Made by a program: the position numbers and the translations under genes. A stretch of DNA of 64,000 nt, from NCBI RefSeq assembly GCF_009914755.1, contig NC_060927.1; one strand, written 5' to 3'. Positions 46,504 through 61,074 of the stretch are shown here, one piece after another. The first letter of the stretch is position 1, and every line of letters begins with the position of its first letter. Origin of the DNA: the human T2T-CHM13v2.0 reference genome, Homo sapiens. A model generated the notes under the pieces. The model made no database searches and had not been told where the DNA came from. It saw nothing but the letters and a program-made list of their open reading frames with translations.

Positions 46504-47467
46504 TCAGGACACCTTAGAATTCCTTGTTATTCAGTAAATGGCCCACTGTATACAGATTACCCACTTCCTCATCAAATTATCATTCATCTAGGAGTACCAA
46601 CAAGAAATACAAGTTTAACAATTAAAATTCAATGGTAATTTCACACTCAACAATGCCTTGTGTTCATAATTTTAATATTAGATTTGATTGAATATTATTA
46701 AATACAGCCTATGCCTTCCAAAATGGGTTGCATGATGGATCTCAATGAACTCATTAGTAGCTCATGCAGTAGAGATCTTTCTAAATGTTAATGTTTAGCT
46801 GCCTTTGGCTCATTAATTAATTTAAAGATTGTATAATTATCACCGCTTTTGATTCAAGTACATCTACCACTTTTTATTATTGGATAATGCTCATTTGCAT
46901 GTAAGCATAAAAAATTACATTATGTTATCCAAAGATAGGTAGCATAATACCAAATAATCATACAGGTTATGAATACATTTGGAAAGGAAAAAAGAAAAGT
47001 AAGAAGGGAATGTTCTTTTGAACACCTGAGGAATTGGTACCACTACAAATACTTGTCACTAAAACGAGAGTGATAAAACAAAAGCAGGGATAGGCAAGGG
47101 GTTGCCGTCAGGAGCACATGAGTAAAATACTCACAAGCACCAAAGGGAGGTCTGGTCACATTAAAAAAAACAGCCCTGTTCTAAAAATCTTAGCAAGGGA
47201 AAATCCAAGCTAACAGGAATACCTGAAATTTGAAGTCATTCTTTATAAATCTGATCACTGGAGTCTTCTTTCAAAGGGGTAGTCAGAAAATTAGACCAAT
47301 TAGAAACACAATTAGAAACCTTTTGACACTTAATGATTTTTTTTCACAATAGGGTGAGGATTAAAGGGTACTCACCTAAAAAAAGGTGGTATGAGGTGAG
47401 TCTAGAATTCATTCCCGGTCACTGTCATCACACACTCAAGGAGATCTGGCAAATGGAGAAAAACTAA

Positions 47468-48474
47468 TGTAACCACCCAGTGGGTTCACTGGCCCTATCT
47501 GGGCCAATTTATTAAGACAGAGGAATTGCAATAGAGAAAGAGTTTAATTCATGCAGAGCTGGCTGAATGGGAGACTGGAGTTTTACCATTACTCAAATAA
47601 GCCTCCCTTGAAAATTCAGAGGCTAGGGTTTTTCTTTTTTTGCTTCTTCTTCTTATTTTTGTTTTGTTTTTGTTGTTTGTTTGTTTGTTTTTTGAGACGA
47701 GGTCTCACTCTGGAGTGAGAGCACCCTGGCTGAAGTATAGTGGCATGATCATGGCTCACTGCAGCCTCAACTTCCCTGGGCTCAGGTGACCCTCCCACTT
47801 CAGCCTCCCAAGTGGCTGGGACTACAGCCACCACACCCAGCTAATTTTTAGTATTTTTGTAGAGATGGGGTATCACCATGTTGCCCAGGCTGATCTCAAA
47901 CTCCTGGGCTCCAGTGACCCACCCACTTCAGCCTTGCTAGGATTACAGGTGTGAGCCACCAAGCCTGGCCTAGGATTTTCAAGGACATTTTGGCCAGCCA
48001 CGGAATGGGTGCTGCTGGTTGGTTGGGGATGCAATCACAGGGATGTGAGTCCTCTGCTGGGTGGGGACACAGGACCAGTTGGCAGGTCTGGGTGGAGCCA
48101 TTGGTCATCAGAAATGCAAAAACCCAAAAAGACATCTCAAAAGGCCAATCTTAGGTTCTACAATAGTGATGTTATCTGCAGGAGTAATTGGGAAAGTTGC
48201 AAATCTTATGACATTGACGCCTTAGCAGGATTCAAGCTCCACTCCTGCTCCCAACCTGGCTGGTAGTCTTTTATTAGCCTTACGAAGGCAGTTTAATTTG
48301 GGGGAAGTGCTATTATCATTTAAACTATAAATGTCTCCCAAAGTTAGCGTGGCCCAAGCCCAGGAATAATTAAACGCAGTTTGGAGGTTAAAGGCAAGAT
48401 GGGGGTTTGTTAGATTAGATCTCTTTCACTATCATAATATTCTCATTGTTACAATTTTTGCAAAGGAAGTTTCA
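47468..48474 (-). mobile_element. LTR8A-like ERV1 solo LTR with nested AluJ
   Basis: TG..CA ends; 'gaattgcaatagagaaagagt', 'aaggccaatcttaggttctacaatagtgatg'; TSD ctaa/ctat. Confidence 0.85.
47628..47970 (-). mobile_element. AluJ
   Basis: J diagnostics; TSD ctagg(g/a)tttt. Confidence 0.92.
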
Positions 48475-48560
48475 CTATTGTCATATTCTCATACTTAAGA
48501 ACAAAAGTAAGAATAAGGTGCTAGAGGCACTCAGAGGAAGAGGAGAAGTGAAACTGGGAA

Positions 48561-49248
48561 TATTATAGATAGATAGACAGGCATGAGTGGGTCAGGCGAG
48601 GGCTCTCCCCCAATCCACTAGGAATGTAGGGGGATGGTTTGCAATGATCGCAGTGCCTCTCTAAAAACGGTAATTCAGCAGCAAGGGAGAGGCAATCTCC
48701 TGATCATCCACACCCGTTAACATTAAACGTGTGAATTGAATGCAGGCCCCAGGGAGAAGCAGTTTCTTGGGCATTCATGTTAAGAGACAAAATGGTGAAG
48801 TATGATGTTCTGGGGCACCCACCACCGGAAAAAGGAAAAAAGTCTCAGATGGGCATGTGTGTAACTGCCTAAGCACACTGCACATGCTCAGTTTCCTTAC
48901 CAAAAATGTAAGGAACGCCTGCGCATGCGGGAAGCCCACCCTAGGAGAAGAACCAAGGGAAAGAAGCCAGCTTGTGAAGCCCTAGGATCAAGGTTAAAGG
49001 CCTCTTTTTTAATCTCTTCTCCTCTCTCTCGGACCTTCACGCACTGGCTTGGGTCTCTTCCAAGTGAATTTTCCTTTCTTTCCTGTTCTAAAGCCTTTTT
49101 AAATAAACCTCCACTCCTGCTCTGAAACTTGCCTCAGTCTCTTTTTCTGCCTTATGCCCCTCAGTCGAGTTCTTTCTTCTGAGGAGGCAAGGACTGAAAT
49201 TGCTTCAGACCCACAGGGATACCCGCAGGATCTGTTCCACCTCTAACA
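48561..49248 (+). mobile_element. MER50-like ERV1 solo LTR
   Basis: Perfect 4-bp TSD ggaa; AATAAA at 49102; 'ttctttcttctgaggaggcaag' U5 motif. Confidence 0.85.
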
Positions 49249-50004
49249 GGAAGTGTTTTCATAGATCCCACTTACTTCCCTATGATTTCCTTACTGGGAC
49301 ATCTCCTTGCAAATAAGGACAGTATAGACATTTGTGAGAGGACTTTAACCAAAGAGAGAGCCAGCATATGCAGGATTTAAGTGATGTATTATTACTATTA
49401 TTATTATTATTTTAAGATAGGGCCCAGACATGAGAATCATGGCAAGGGTGATTACAGGGGCTTTACCACTTCAACACTCTCTTTTACCCCAACACTCCCA
49501 AAGTCATGTCCAAGAATGATCACCAATTTTCTATAACTGTGGCAGTTGTCACTCAGGTAACATTACAAGAAAATTGTCCATGTCTTAATCAACTGAGACA
49601 TCTAACTCTTTAGCACAGTAAAAAAACTAGCCTTGTGCAATCCAGAACAGTTTTCATGTGTTCAGTCAATGTAACATTTATACAGGAAGCCAGTAAGAGG
49701 TATCTTGAACTGGGAGAAAGATCAAGCTGCTGTAACAAAGAGTCCCCAAAATACAGTGACTTAAATAAGATAGAAAGTTCTGGCTTACAGAATAATATGG
49801 CCAGTATGAGCTGGAGGAACTTACACAGGTCAGGGACATAGCTTCTTTCTCATTGCTTCACCGTCCCCAAGGATGTTGTCCTCACCTACGTTGTTACAGC
49901 TAAATTGTCATGACATCCATATTACAGCCAAAATCCAGGGACAGATATTTGTCTTTTAATTAGGAAGTACCTCAGTGGTATACATAGTATACATATCAGT
50001 TTGG

Positions 50005-50308
<304 letters not shown>

Positions 50309-51764
50309 GCTCACTTCTTATTTGCCAAAATTTGTCATAAGTCCACATCCAGCAGGAAAGAAAGCTGGAGAATAAGCAATTTCCTAACACACACTGATCA
50401 CTCAAATAACTGTACTGTGCATACCCTTTCTATCCCTCACACAGAACACATTCAACCTCTCCCCTAAAAAAGATAGCCCAGGGTCCTATCCAGCTATTGC
50501 ACCCAACTTAAAGTCCAAAATATCTGGGCAATATGCAGCCACCTGCACCAAATCTGGATGTGTCTCCCAGTGAACAAGTCACCAGCCCATCCCCTCCCCG
50601 ATTCTTCCCCTGCCTCCACTCGTCCCTGTACCCATATCTTCAATAAACATCGGTGGATGGGACTGGATACACACAGTAGAAATTCCTTCTCAGAAAACAG
50701 AAGAAACAAAATACGCATCAGCCGCTGGTCATTAGTGATGGAGTTTTGCCACCAGTCATTGCAAAGGGCCTTGCCCCATATGTGGAGTACTTTTCTTGGG
50801 GTTAGTATTTGGTTCTGGGTTCTGGGAGGAAGTTCCTTGTCTACTGTCACCTAAGACTGTGGCTTTACCTTGGAGTGGTTCTGCCTTGCCCCTTGTTCTC
50901 CGTGCCCTCATCTGAGTCTGAAAACATTCCTTCCTTATGCCTTCCTTCAGGGATGCCCAGCTCCTTTCACACTGCTTCCTACTAGTGCAGTTTTACAAGC
51001 CTGAGGATTGTATTAGGTTGAACAATAACAGATATGTGGTTTGCTTGGCAATAACATTTACCCAAATACGTGGTAGTTTCTGGTCTATTGGATTCAGGTC
51101 TGATTTAATGTGTCAATTACAACCCACAGTATCTTTACTGGTCATATTTCTTAAACTCTCCTTATTTTCTGGCTTCAGAGTTTAACCATCACTCTCTTCC
51201 CACTTCACAGGCAATTCCCTTGAGGCTATCTGACACAACAGGCTCAATCTGATCTTTGTTGCTGAATCTAACTCCCCGGTTTGATTGGGAATCTTTTGAT
51301 GAGAGGACACTGAAGAACACTCTTAGAAACACCTTATCTCCCACCTTCGCGGGATTCAGAGTAGTTGAACCATGTGGTTCTCCTTTCTTCCAGCTATTCT
51401 TGCAAATTGGTCGGTTTTTGCCTGGGCTCATTTCTTTGTTATAATAACCCATGAAAAGCAGCAAAGAGCAGCCAACATACAAATATTCTGGCTTTTTGAC
51501 TGCTTTCTCTAGGGCTCACAATCAGGTATGTGGCCTTCTTTCCAAGTAATTGCAGATGACAATTTTACCAAATATTGCCTTGACATTATAAGCTTCATCA
51601 GCTTTCCAATATCTGCAACATCTATTTTTTAATTGTCAATATCTCGAGCAATGCCACACAGGTAAGGTTTTTATAATGTTAGGTACCAATATCTATATTA
51701 GCTGGAATAATAATTACATTTCTAAAGCAAAAACACCAAAAATATATGACTTCAAAAAGATTCA

Positions 51765-52351
<587 letters not shown>

Positions 52352-53015
52352 TCATTCAAGAACCCCACATTCTTTGCATCTTATCGCTCTGCATTGTCCT
52401 TTATGGTGGAGCTGAGTGAACATAACACCAACATACCAACCTATGGGAAAATGGAGGAAAACAAAGTCCAGAAGTAGCAGCTTCTCTTTTAGCTAGAAAG
52501 TAGTTATCAATTATGTATCAACTTTGCCCATGTCCCATGGCTACTAAATTAGTGCCGTAATAGTAATGGGAGGAAAAGAGGAAATGCCAGAGAGTATTAT
52601 TTGGGTACTGGTCCATCAGAAGGAGTTAGAAAAGCTGACTAAATCCTGTAAGAAAGCTGTAAACTCCGCCAATTGTATCTGTAATAACTTAGGGTAAAAA
52701 ATATATATACATATATTAGCCCCATCCCTAAAATCACTCCAGGCTTCTTTAGGCCTAGAAATTTGGGTCCACTTCATTCCCACAGTAAGAAACGCTTCCC
52801 TTATTAGTCCCCACCTGTTACTATCCCAGAGTTTACCTCTTCCCATGATGATTAAGAGTGATAACTTCCACTTCCTTCAGTGAATTCAAAGTCACACCAC
52901 AAAGGGCAGTCTGGACTCTATGGCCTCAACCAGACAAAGATAAAACTATGTTGTCACATTTCATAACGTCTGAGTTGTATTTTATCTTACATATGGTCAT
53001 TTTGTTACAAAAACA

Positions 53016-53278
53016 TTTTTTTTTGAGCCTCTGTCACCCAGGCTGGAGTGCAGTTGTGCAATCACTGCACCCTTGACTTCTCTGGCTCGGGTGATTCTCT
53101 CACCTCAGCCTCCCGAGTAGCTGGGACCACAGGCATGTACTACCACTCACAGCTAAATGTTGTAATCTTAGTAGAGACGGAGGTTCACCGTGTTGCCCAG
53201 GCTGGTTTAGAACGCTTGGGCTCAAGGGATCAGCCTGCCAAGGTGCTGGGATTATAAGTGTGAGCCACTGCACTTGGA
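53016..53278 (-). mobile_element. AluJ
   Basis: Degenerate dimer. Confidence 0.9.
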
Positions 53279-54045
53279 CATAAAATCATTTTATTAAGTA
53301 AACTCAATGTCAGACTCAGCTTATATTAATTTAAAAAACTGTAATGCGAAGGAAATCTCATTTACTCAGAATGTGGATGCTGCATCCTGTGAGACCAACT
53401 ATTCAACATTTTAGTCAAACAATACTACTGTAGAACATGCTTTGTTTAGCTATTGAGCACTCAGCAAATAATCTCAGACTGTTCAAGTGGTTGCTGTGTG
53501 TTACTAATTTATCATACAGTATTTAATGAACATCTATCTTAAGCAACATGATAGCACAAACTTTTAACCTTCATCTCTATGCCAAATGAGAATATGGAAT
53601 TCACACATGAAAAGATTCCCACCGTTTAGTGACATAAAAATATGCAGTACAGTTCAGTGCTGTCAGGTTTCTGATAAATTACTCAGCATTGGAGTGGTAT
53701 AAAAGTGGCATTTGATCAGGTCCTTGAAGGATGAAGAGTATGGGTAAGCAGAGATGAGAGAAAATAGCCTTGAAAGTAGAAAAAGTGGCAGGTGAAAAAG
53801 ACTGAGCAGCAAAACAGAATGAAACAAAACACCACATTGTGCCCTGGGACAGTCACTACTTCTGGTTAGCAGCAGAGAAGTTTCTGTGCTGGTGAGTAGT
53901 GGGAGATAGGAAAGCAGACAGGGCTAAGCTTTAGAGTGATTGTCCCTCTATTGAGGTGGAACTTTACCCTTCTGGCGATGAGATAAGAAAGGCAGAATGA
54001 GATAGAGAGACCAATTTGAAAACCACAAAGGAGATAACAGATTTT

Positions 54046-54350
54046 AGGCTGGGCATGGTGGCTCATTTCTGTAATCCTAGCCCCTTGGGAGGCCGAGGCA
54101 GGTGGATCACTTGAAGCCAGGAGTTTGAGACCAGCATGGGCCATATGGCAAAACTCTGTCTCTACTAAAAATTCAAAAAATTAATCGGGCATGGTGGTGT
54201 GCACCTGTAGTCCCAGCTACTTAGCAGGCTGCGGTGGGAGGCTCACCTGAGCCTGGGGAGGTTGAGGCTACAGTGAGCAGTGATGGCGCCACTGCACTCC
54301 AGACTGGGTGACAGAGTGAGACCCCAACTCGACGACAACAACAACAATAA
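54046..54350 (+). mobile_element. AluJ
   Basis: Dimer with (CAA)n tail. Confidence 0.93.
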
Positions 54351-54425
54351 AGACTTTAAATAAGCCTAGTGTATGTACAGTTTTACTACTCAAACTTAGA
54401 GGTTTACTTCTTTACACCTTCAGAA

Positions 54426-54744
<319 letters not shown>

Positions 54745-54868
54745 TAAAATTATTTCCCAAATGTCAGTTCTCCAATAAAAACAGGCTAATTTCCAACAGA
54801 AGGTTTTGTTTGCTTTTTTTCTAAGTGGCAGCTTGTTTGGGAAACTTTGGGATTTGGGCCTTGAAATA

Positions 54869-54914
54869 TTAGGATGGTGTAAAAGTAATTGTGGTTTTGG
54901 CCATTACTTTTAAT
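54869..54914 (+). mobile_element. MADE1 (Hsmar1 MITE), one half only
   Basis: ttaggatggtgtaaaagtaattgtggttttggccattacttttaat matches one TIR plus the centre of MADE1. Confidence 0.8.
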
Positions 54915-55177
54915 AAATGAGATGCACACACCACACCCCTTCTAGAAAACTGAGATGTCAATTTTTAAATATTGAAAGTTTGAGTCCACACATTTAAATT
55001 TCTCAGTTATTTAATAACTACTTCCCATGTGCCAAACACAATGCTAAAGCCTATTCTTATAATAAGAAGCTCTCTCCCTACGTTTTCAGAACTAACAGCA
55101 GAGAAAAAAAGACCTTGAAACAAGAAGTTTTTATGCAGTGCTATTAGTACTGGGTGCTGTCAAAATATGTAAGAAAT

Positions 55178-55480
55178 GACCGGGTGCAGTGGCTCACTCC
55201 TACAGTCCCAGCAACTTGGGAGGCAGGGGTGGAAGAATTGCTTGAGGCCAGGAGTTTGAGACCAGCCTGGGCAACATAGTGTGCCTTGTCTCTAAAAAAA
55301 TTTCTTTTTAAGAAATTAGCTGGGCGTGGTGGCATGCACCTGTATTTCCAGCTACTCAGGTGGCTGTGGAGAGAGGATCCGCTGAGCCCAGGAATTCAAG
55401 GCTGCACTGAGCTATGATTGAACCATTGCACTCCAGCCTGGGTGACAGAGTAAGAGTGAGATTCCATCTCTTTAAAACAA
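55178..55480 (+). mobile_element. AluJ
   Basis: J diagnostics. Confidence 0.92.
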
Positions 55481-55546
55481 TTTGTAGGAAAGGCACCCAA
55501 CCCAAATTGAGAAGTCAGCAGAGGCTGCCTGAAGGAAGCTGTATTA

Positions 55547-55862
<316 letters not shown>

Positions 55863-56025
55863 AGAAGCTGTATTAGTTTTCTATCGCTGCTGTAACAAAT
55901 GAACACAAACCTGATGGCTTAAAACAACAGAAATATATTATCTCATGCTTCTGAATGCTAGAAGTCCAAAGTCACTTTCACGGAGCTGAGATCAAGATGC
56001 CAACATGGCTGTACATCCTCTAGAG

Positions 56026-56500
56026 CAGCACTCCCCAACCTTTTTGCCACCAGGGACCAGGTTCCTGGAAGACAATTTCTCCACAGACTGGGGGTGGGGG
56101 GATGGTTTCAGGATGATTCAAGCACATTACATTTATTGAGCACTTGACTTCTATTGTTATTATATTGTAATATGTAATGAAATAATTACACAACTCACCA
56201 TAATGTAGAATCAGTGGGAGCCCTGAGTTTGTTTTCCGGCAACTAGATGGTCCCATATGGTGATGGGAGACAGTGACAAATCATCAGGCATTAGATTCTC
56301 ATAAGGAGTGTGTAAATCACATGCGCAGTTCACAATAAGGTTCGCCTCCTATGAGTATCTAATACTTCCGCTGATATGACAGGGGGCGGAGCTTAGGCCT
56401 TAATGCGAGCAATAGGAGCAGCTGTAAATACAGATGAAGCTTCACTCCCTGGCCCGCTGCTCACCTCCTGCTGTGTGGCCCTGGGGTTTGGGGACCCCTG
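56026..56500 (-). mobile_element. MER1A (hAT-Charlie)
   Basis: Perfect 8-bp TSD ctctagag (56018-56025, 56501-56508); ends cagcactccccaacc / ggggacccctg. Confidence 0.9.
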
Positions 56501-56759
56501 CTCTAGAGGCCCCTGGGTAGAATCCGTTTCTTGTCTCTTCCAGCTTCTGGTAGCTGCTGCAATCCTTGGCTTGTGGCCACATCACTCCATTCTCTTTTTC
56601 TGTGGTCACATTGCCTTCTCCTCTTCTGTCTGCTCACATCTTCCTTGCCTCCCTTTTATAAGGGGATGTATGTGATGGCACTTTGGGCCCACCCAGGTAA
56701 TGCAGGATAATCCTCTCATCTCAAGATCTTTAACTTTATCACATCTGCAAAGCCCTTGA

Positions 56760-57099
<340 letters not shown>

Positions 57100-57326
57100 A
57101 TTCATGGGTTTTAAGAGTTAAGATATGGATACTTTTGGGGGAGGCAATTTAACCTATCACAGAAGTTGCTTTTCAAGTAGGACTTCCAAGAAATTTAGGG
57201 GTTCGACTATGTGTTCTCTTTCTGTCTGAGTGTAGTCCTGGATAATTGGTTTGGACTAAGACATCCATATGCATAGAACACATAACAGATTAGGTGCATA
57301 ATATGTCGAAACAAAATCTTTTTTTT

Positions 57327-57623
57327 GGCCGGGAGGGGTGGCTCACGCCTGTAATCCCAGCACTTTGGGAGGCCGAGGCGGGCGGATCACGAGGTCAGTA
57401 GATCGAGACCATCCTGGCTAACACGGTGAAACCCCGTCTCTACTGAAAATACAAAAAATTAGACGGACGAGCTGGTGGGCGCCTGTAGTCCCAGCTACTC
57501 GGGAGGCTGAGGCGGGGGAATGGCGTGAACCCCGCGGGGCGGAGCCTGCAGTGAGCTGAAATCGCTCCACTGCACTCCAGCCTGGGCGACAGCGAGATTC
57601 CGTCTCAAAAAAAAAAAAAAAAA
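57327..57623 (+). mobile_element. AluY (AluYe-like)
   Basis: 'gaaccccgcggggcggagcctgcag', 'gggcgacagcgaga'; TSD aaaatc.ttttttt. Confidence 0.9.
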
Positions 57624-58505
57624 TCATTTTTTTTAACTGTAATGCCACGTAGACCACATAAAGAGAAAACCTATGGCCTCAAATTACTGGTTTAATCATG
57701 TGATTAGGCAGAACTGGCATGGAAGCACAATGAGGAAAGAGAATCATGATCTCAGTGGTTCCAGCCCATTAGCTGCTCCACCACATTCACCAGGCACTCA
57801 CGCGCTCTGCCACCTCCCGGGGGACTCGATGATTTAATATTCGCCTCCACACAAACATGTCCTGAAAAATCTATTTTCTAGCCAAGCTTTTATAATAATG
57901 AGGCCTGACGCTGCCTCTTCCTTCAGATTTGAAGCTGTCCTCATCATTTTTCCCAGGCTCAGTAAATTTGCATCTTGTCTGTATAATGAGTTTACATACT
58001 TGTTTTTACTGCACAATCTGAATTCAGATCCATCTTTTTGACTTTTGATAAGAAACATGTTTGTCATCAATATATTTTGTTTCCACTAAATACAGGATTC
58101 ACTGTGGCAAGTATCCAGGGCCATAATCAGCTGAAGTAGCAGCAAAGTGTTTAGGTTAGAATAGGAAAGTTGTAGAGTTTCATTAATATGCACATGAACA
58201 CGATACAAGTGCCTCCCAAGGAAGTGATCGCCTCCAACAGCTGCCAGAGTGAGACTGCATGAACGAACAGACAAATGAAGGATGTTAAGTGATGATATTT
58301 TCTACAAAAAAAAACCCCAAGAATTTTATATGCTGCAATATTGAACTTGATAATTAAAAACAACAAAATGTGTAATTTAAAAAGAAATGTACTTCTAAGT
58401 GCATGTGAGTATTTATAGCTGTTTGCTTTGTCCTTTCTGGAAAATTGTAAAATAATAATGCCAGAAAAGAAAGTGTGGAAAAAGATACCATTTTCCCCAA
58501 TACAA

Positions 58506-58579
58506 GTTAATATTATTCCATATCAGGGTTTGTAATGAGGGTGTTAATACTATTCCATATCAGGGTTTGTAATGAGGGT
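58506..58579 (+). repeat. 37-bp tandem duplication
   Basis: gttaata(t/c)tattccatatcagggtttgtaatgagggt twice, 1 mismatch. Confidence 0.95.
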
Positions 58580-58669
58580 ATTCTTTCACAGAAAAGGTAA
58601 ATCAACCTATGCATATTCTTCGGTGACAGAAAGAAAGAACAGAGTTTTGCTTTGCTTCCCTCAGCTCCA

Positions 58670-58975
58670 TTTTTTTTTTCTTAGACGAAGTCTCACTCTG
58701 TTGCCCATGCTGGAGTGCAATGGCACAATCTTGGCTCACCTTGGGAGGCACTTGCAATCTCTCCCTCCCGGGTTCAAGCAATTCTCCTGCCTTAGCCTCC
58801 AGAGTATCTGGGATTACAGGTGCCCACCACCACTCCTGGCTAACTTTTGAATTTTTAGTAGAGACGGGTTTCACTATGTTGGCCAGATTGGTCTTGAACT
58901 CCTGACCTCCAATGATCCACTTGCCTCAGTCTCCCAAAGTGCTAGGATTACAGGCATAAGCCACCGCACCCGGCC
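58670..58975 (-). mobile_element. AluS with a 13-bp non-consensus insertion
   Basis: Dimer; TSD ctcagctccatt. Confidence 0.94.
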
Positions 58976-60819
58976 TCAGCTCCATTATTTTTAATACTCC
59001 AATTTGGATTCATGCTTTATCCAAATAGTTAAGTCTGGGGTGGAAACATTTAAAGGATCTTGGAGAAAGTAATAAGTGACGTAAGCAGAACAAAAATAAA
59101 TGCTGGAGTAAAACTAATAGAATAATTATAACATCCTGTGATACATTCTAGGATTTGGATAAGCAAGGATGTGTTTTAATTGCTCATTTACTTAGGCCTA
59201 TGTCCCTACACTCAGCAATGAATGGCACATAGTTTTGGCTGGATATTCTCTGGGAACATTTAGAGGCTTCCCCAAATTCTCTTCCAACCCCCATTGTTTT
59301 CTCACCATTCACCCTCTAAATGGGTTGTCAGCGTCAGCTGCATATTCATTGTTTCAGGGGAGAATTCTTTAGCCAAAAGTCTTAAACCCCTTACAGAATT
59401 TAGAGAGTTTGCTAAGGAAGTAAAAGGTAGAAAAGAAAGTTCAGTCTTAAGTATCTTCTGCTAGAGAAATGGAGGAATGATGGAGGAAGATGAGGACTTT
59501 CCCTCCAGATCTGCTGCAGACTTTTCTGGGCTTGAGGGGAAATGAGACAGGGACAAAGTTCTTTGGGAATAGGGAGCAGAGCCCTGCCCTGTTCTTCATT
59601 TATTTACTTTCCGCTGTTAAACTTTGGATAGGTTACTTACCCTCTCTTGGCTCAGTCTTTCCATCCATGGAAAAAAAAAAATGCTGCAATTGGGTTTAAA
59701 TATTATCTATATATTCCCTCTCAATTCTAAAATTCTTCTGCCAAGATGATTGAAGATGATTAGAATATAACTTATCATCTTAACTTTCTCATCAAAATAC
59801 TTCAAAATTTTTAGCATGAACTCTTCTTAGGTCTTTAAACTCACAATCTTGATGTCTCATTTAGGTTCACATCTCAAATATTTATGTAAAATCTATTTTT
59901 AATTTTATCCTTAGTGCATTGTCATTATTTTGTAATTTACTGTTCTCATTGTCTTAGTCAATGCCCAGAGAAGCTACTAATGGAAAATGGTTTGAAGTCC
60001 CAAAAGCAATTAGGTTAGCCTATCTTGATGATAACCATGATTCATCTTTTCTTCCATTATCAAAGTTTTTAGGAAGTTGGCTAAGTGACTTTAAGTAAGA
60101 GATAGCTTAGAGTAATAAAGGGAGACTGACAATGACATCCTGTGGATTTATGGGAACACACAATTCTACTGAATTTGCATAACAGTAACCCCTAGGAAAT
60201 ACAACCCAGTAAATCAATCAACTGATCCAAATTAATTAAATATCAGTTTCAAGAACAAAACCATTAGGTACTTTCATACATTTATTTTTTCTGAAAAGAT
60301 ACACAACATCATAATCCCAGAACTTTTGTTTTTCTCTAACAAATAACAATATTTAACATCTGCAGAGTGTGGTATACCCCGTGTATAAATCTGGTTAATC
60401 CCCAGTGCAACCCTATGAAGTCAGTATTGCGGTTCTCACACCACAAATGAGGGTGGTTTCTGAGAAGTTAGGTGAAATGCACAAAGCTACCTTGACTCAA
60501 ATCCAAATCCTCCTTCCTTTCTGCTTCATTCCTTCAGAGACCACTGCCCGGTAAATGGGTCAAAACATGCCCCACTGGTGCAGGTGTGAACGGCTGCTTT
60601 GAGCATACAGCAATTTCAGCCTCATAAAGATAGCAAAGACCCAACCTTGCTGACTCACATGAGTTGCCATGTTTAGTTTATTCATTTATCTGTTCTTTCC
60701 TTCACTGAACCTAAAAAGACTTAGTACAAACCCATGTGCCAGGTACCTTTTTATATATAAGTGATACAAAACTAGTCTAATTCGTTCATTCATCATTTAT
60801 TCATTAATTCAAAAACCTG

Positions 60820-61074
60820 TGGCAGTGAGCCACAGCCCCTGGTCAGCCATGTGATCAGGAGGGTAAGCAACGGATACTGTATGGTATACTGTGTTGCCAG
60901 ATGATTTTGCCCACCTATAAGCTAATGTATAAGTGTTCTGAGCATGTTTAAGGTAGGCTAGGCTATGATGTTTGGTAGGTTAGGTGTATCAAGTGCATTT
61001 TTTACTTAAGATATTTTCAACTTGCAGTGGGTTTATCCAGAGGTGGCCCCATCATAAGTTATGGAGCCCCTGTA
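60820..61074. mobile_element. Tigger4/MER46-like TcMar fragment
   Basis: 'ttgccagatgattttgccca..gttctgagcatgtttaaggtaggctaggcta..' ending 'cctg|ta'. Confidence 0.8.

Noticed and set aside
54869-54914. miR-548-type hairpin from MADE1
   Set aside because: Only one arm is present, so no hairpin can form
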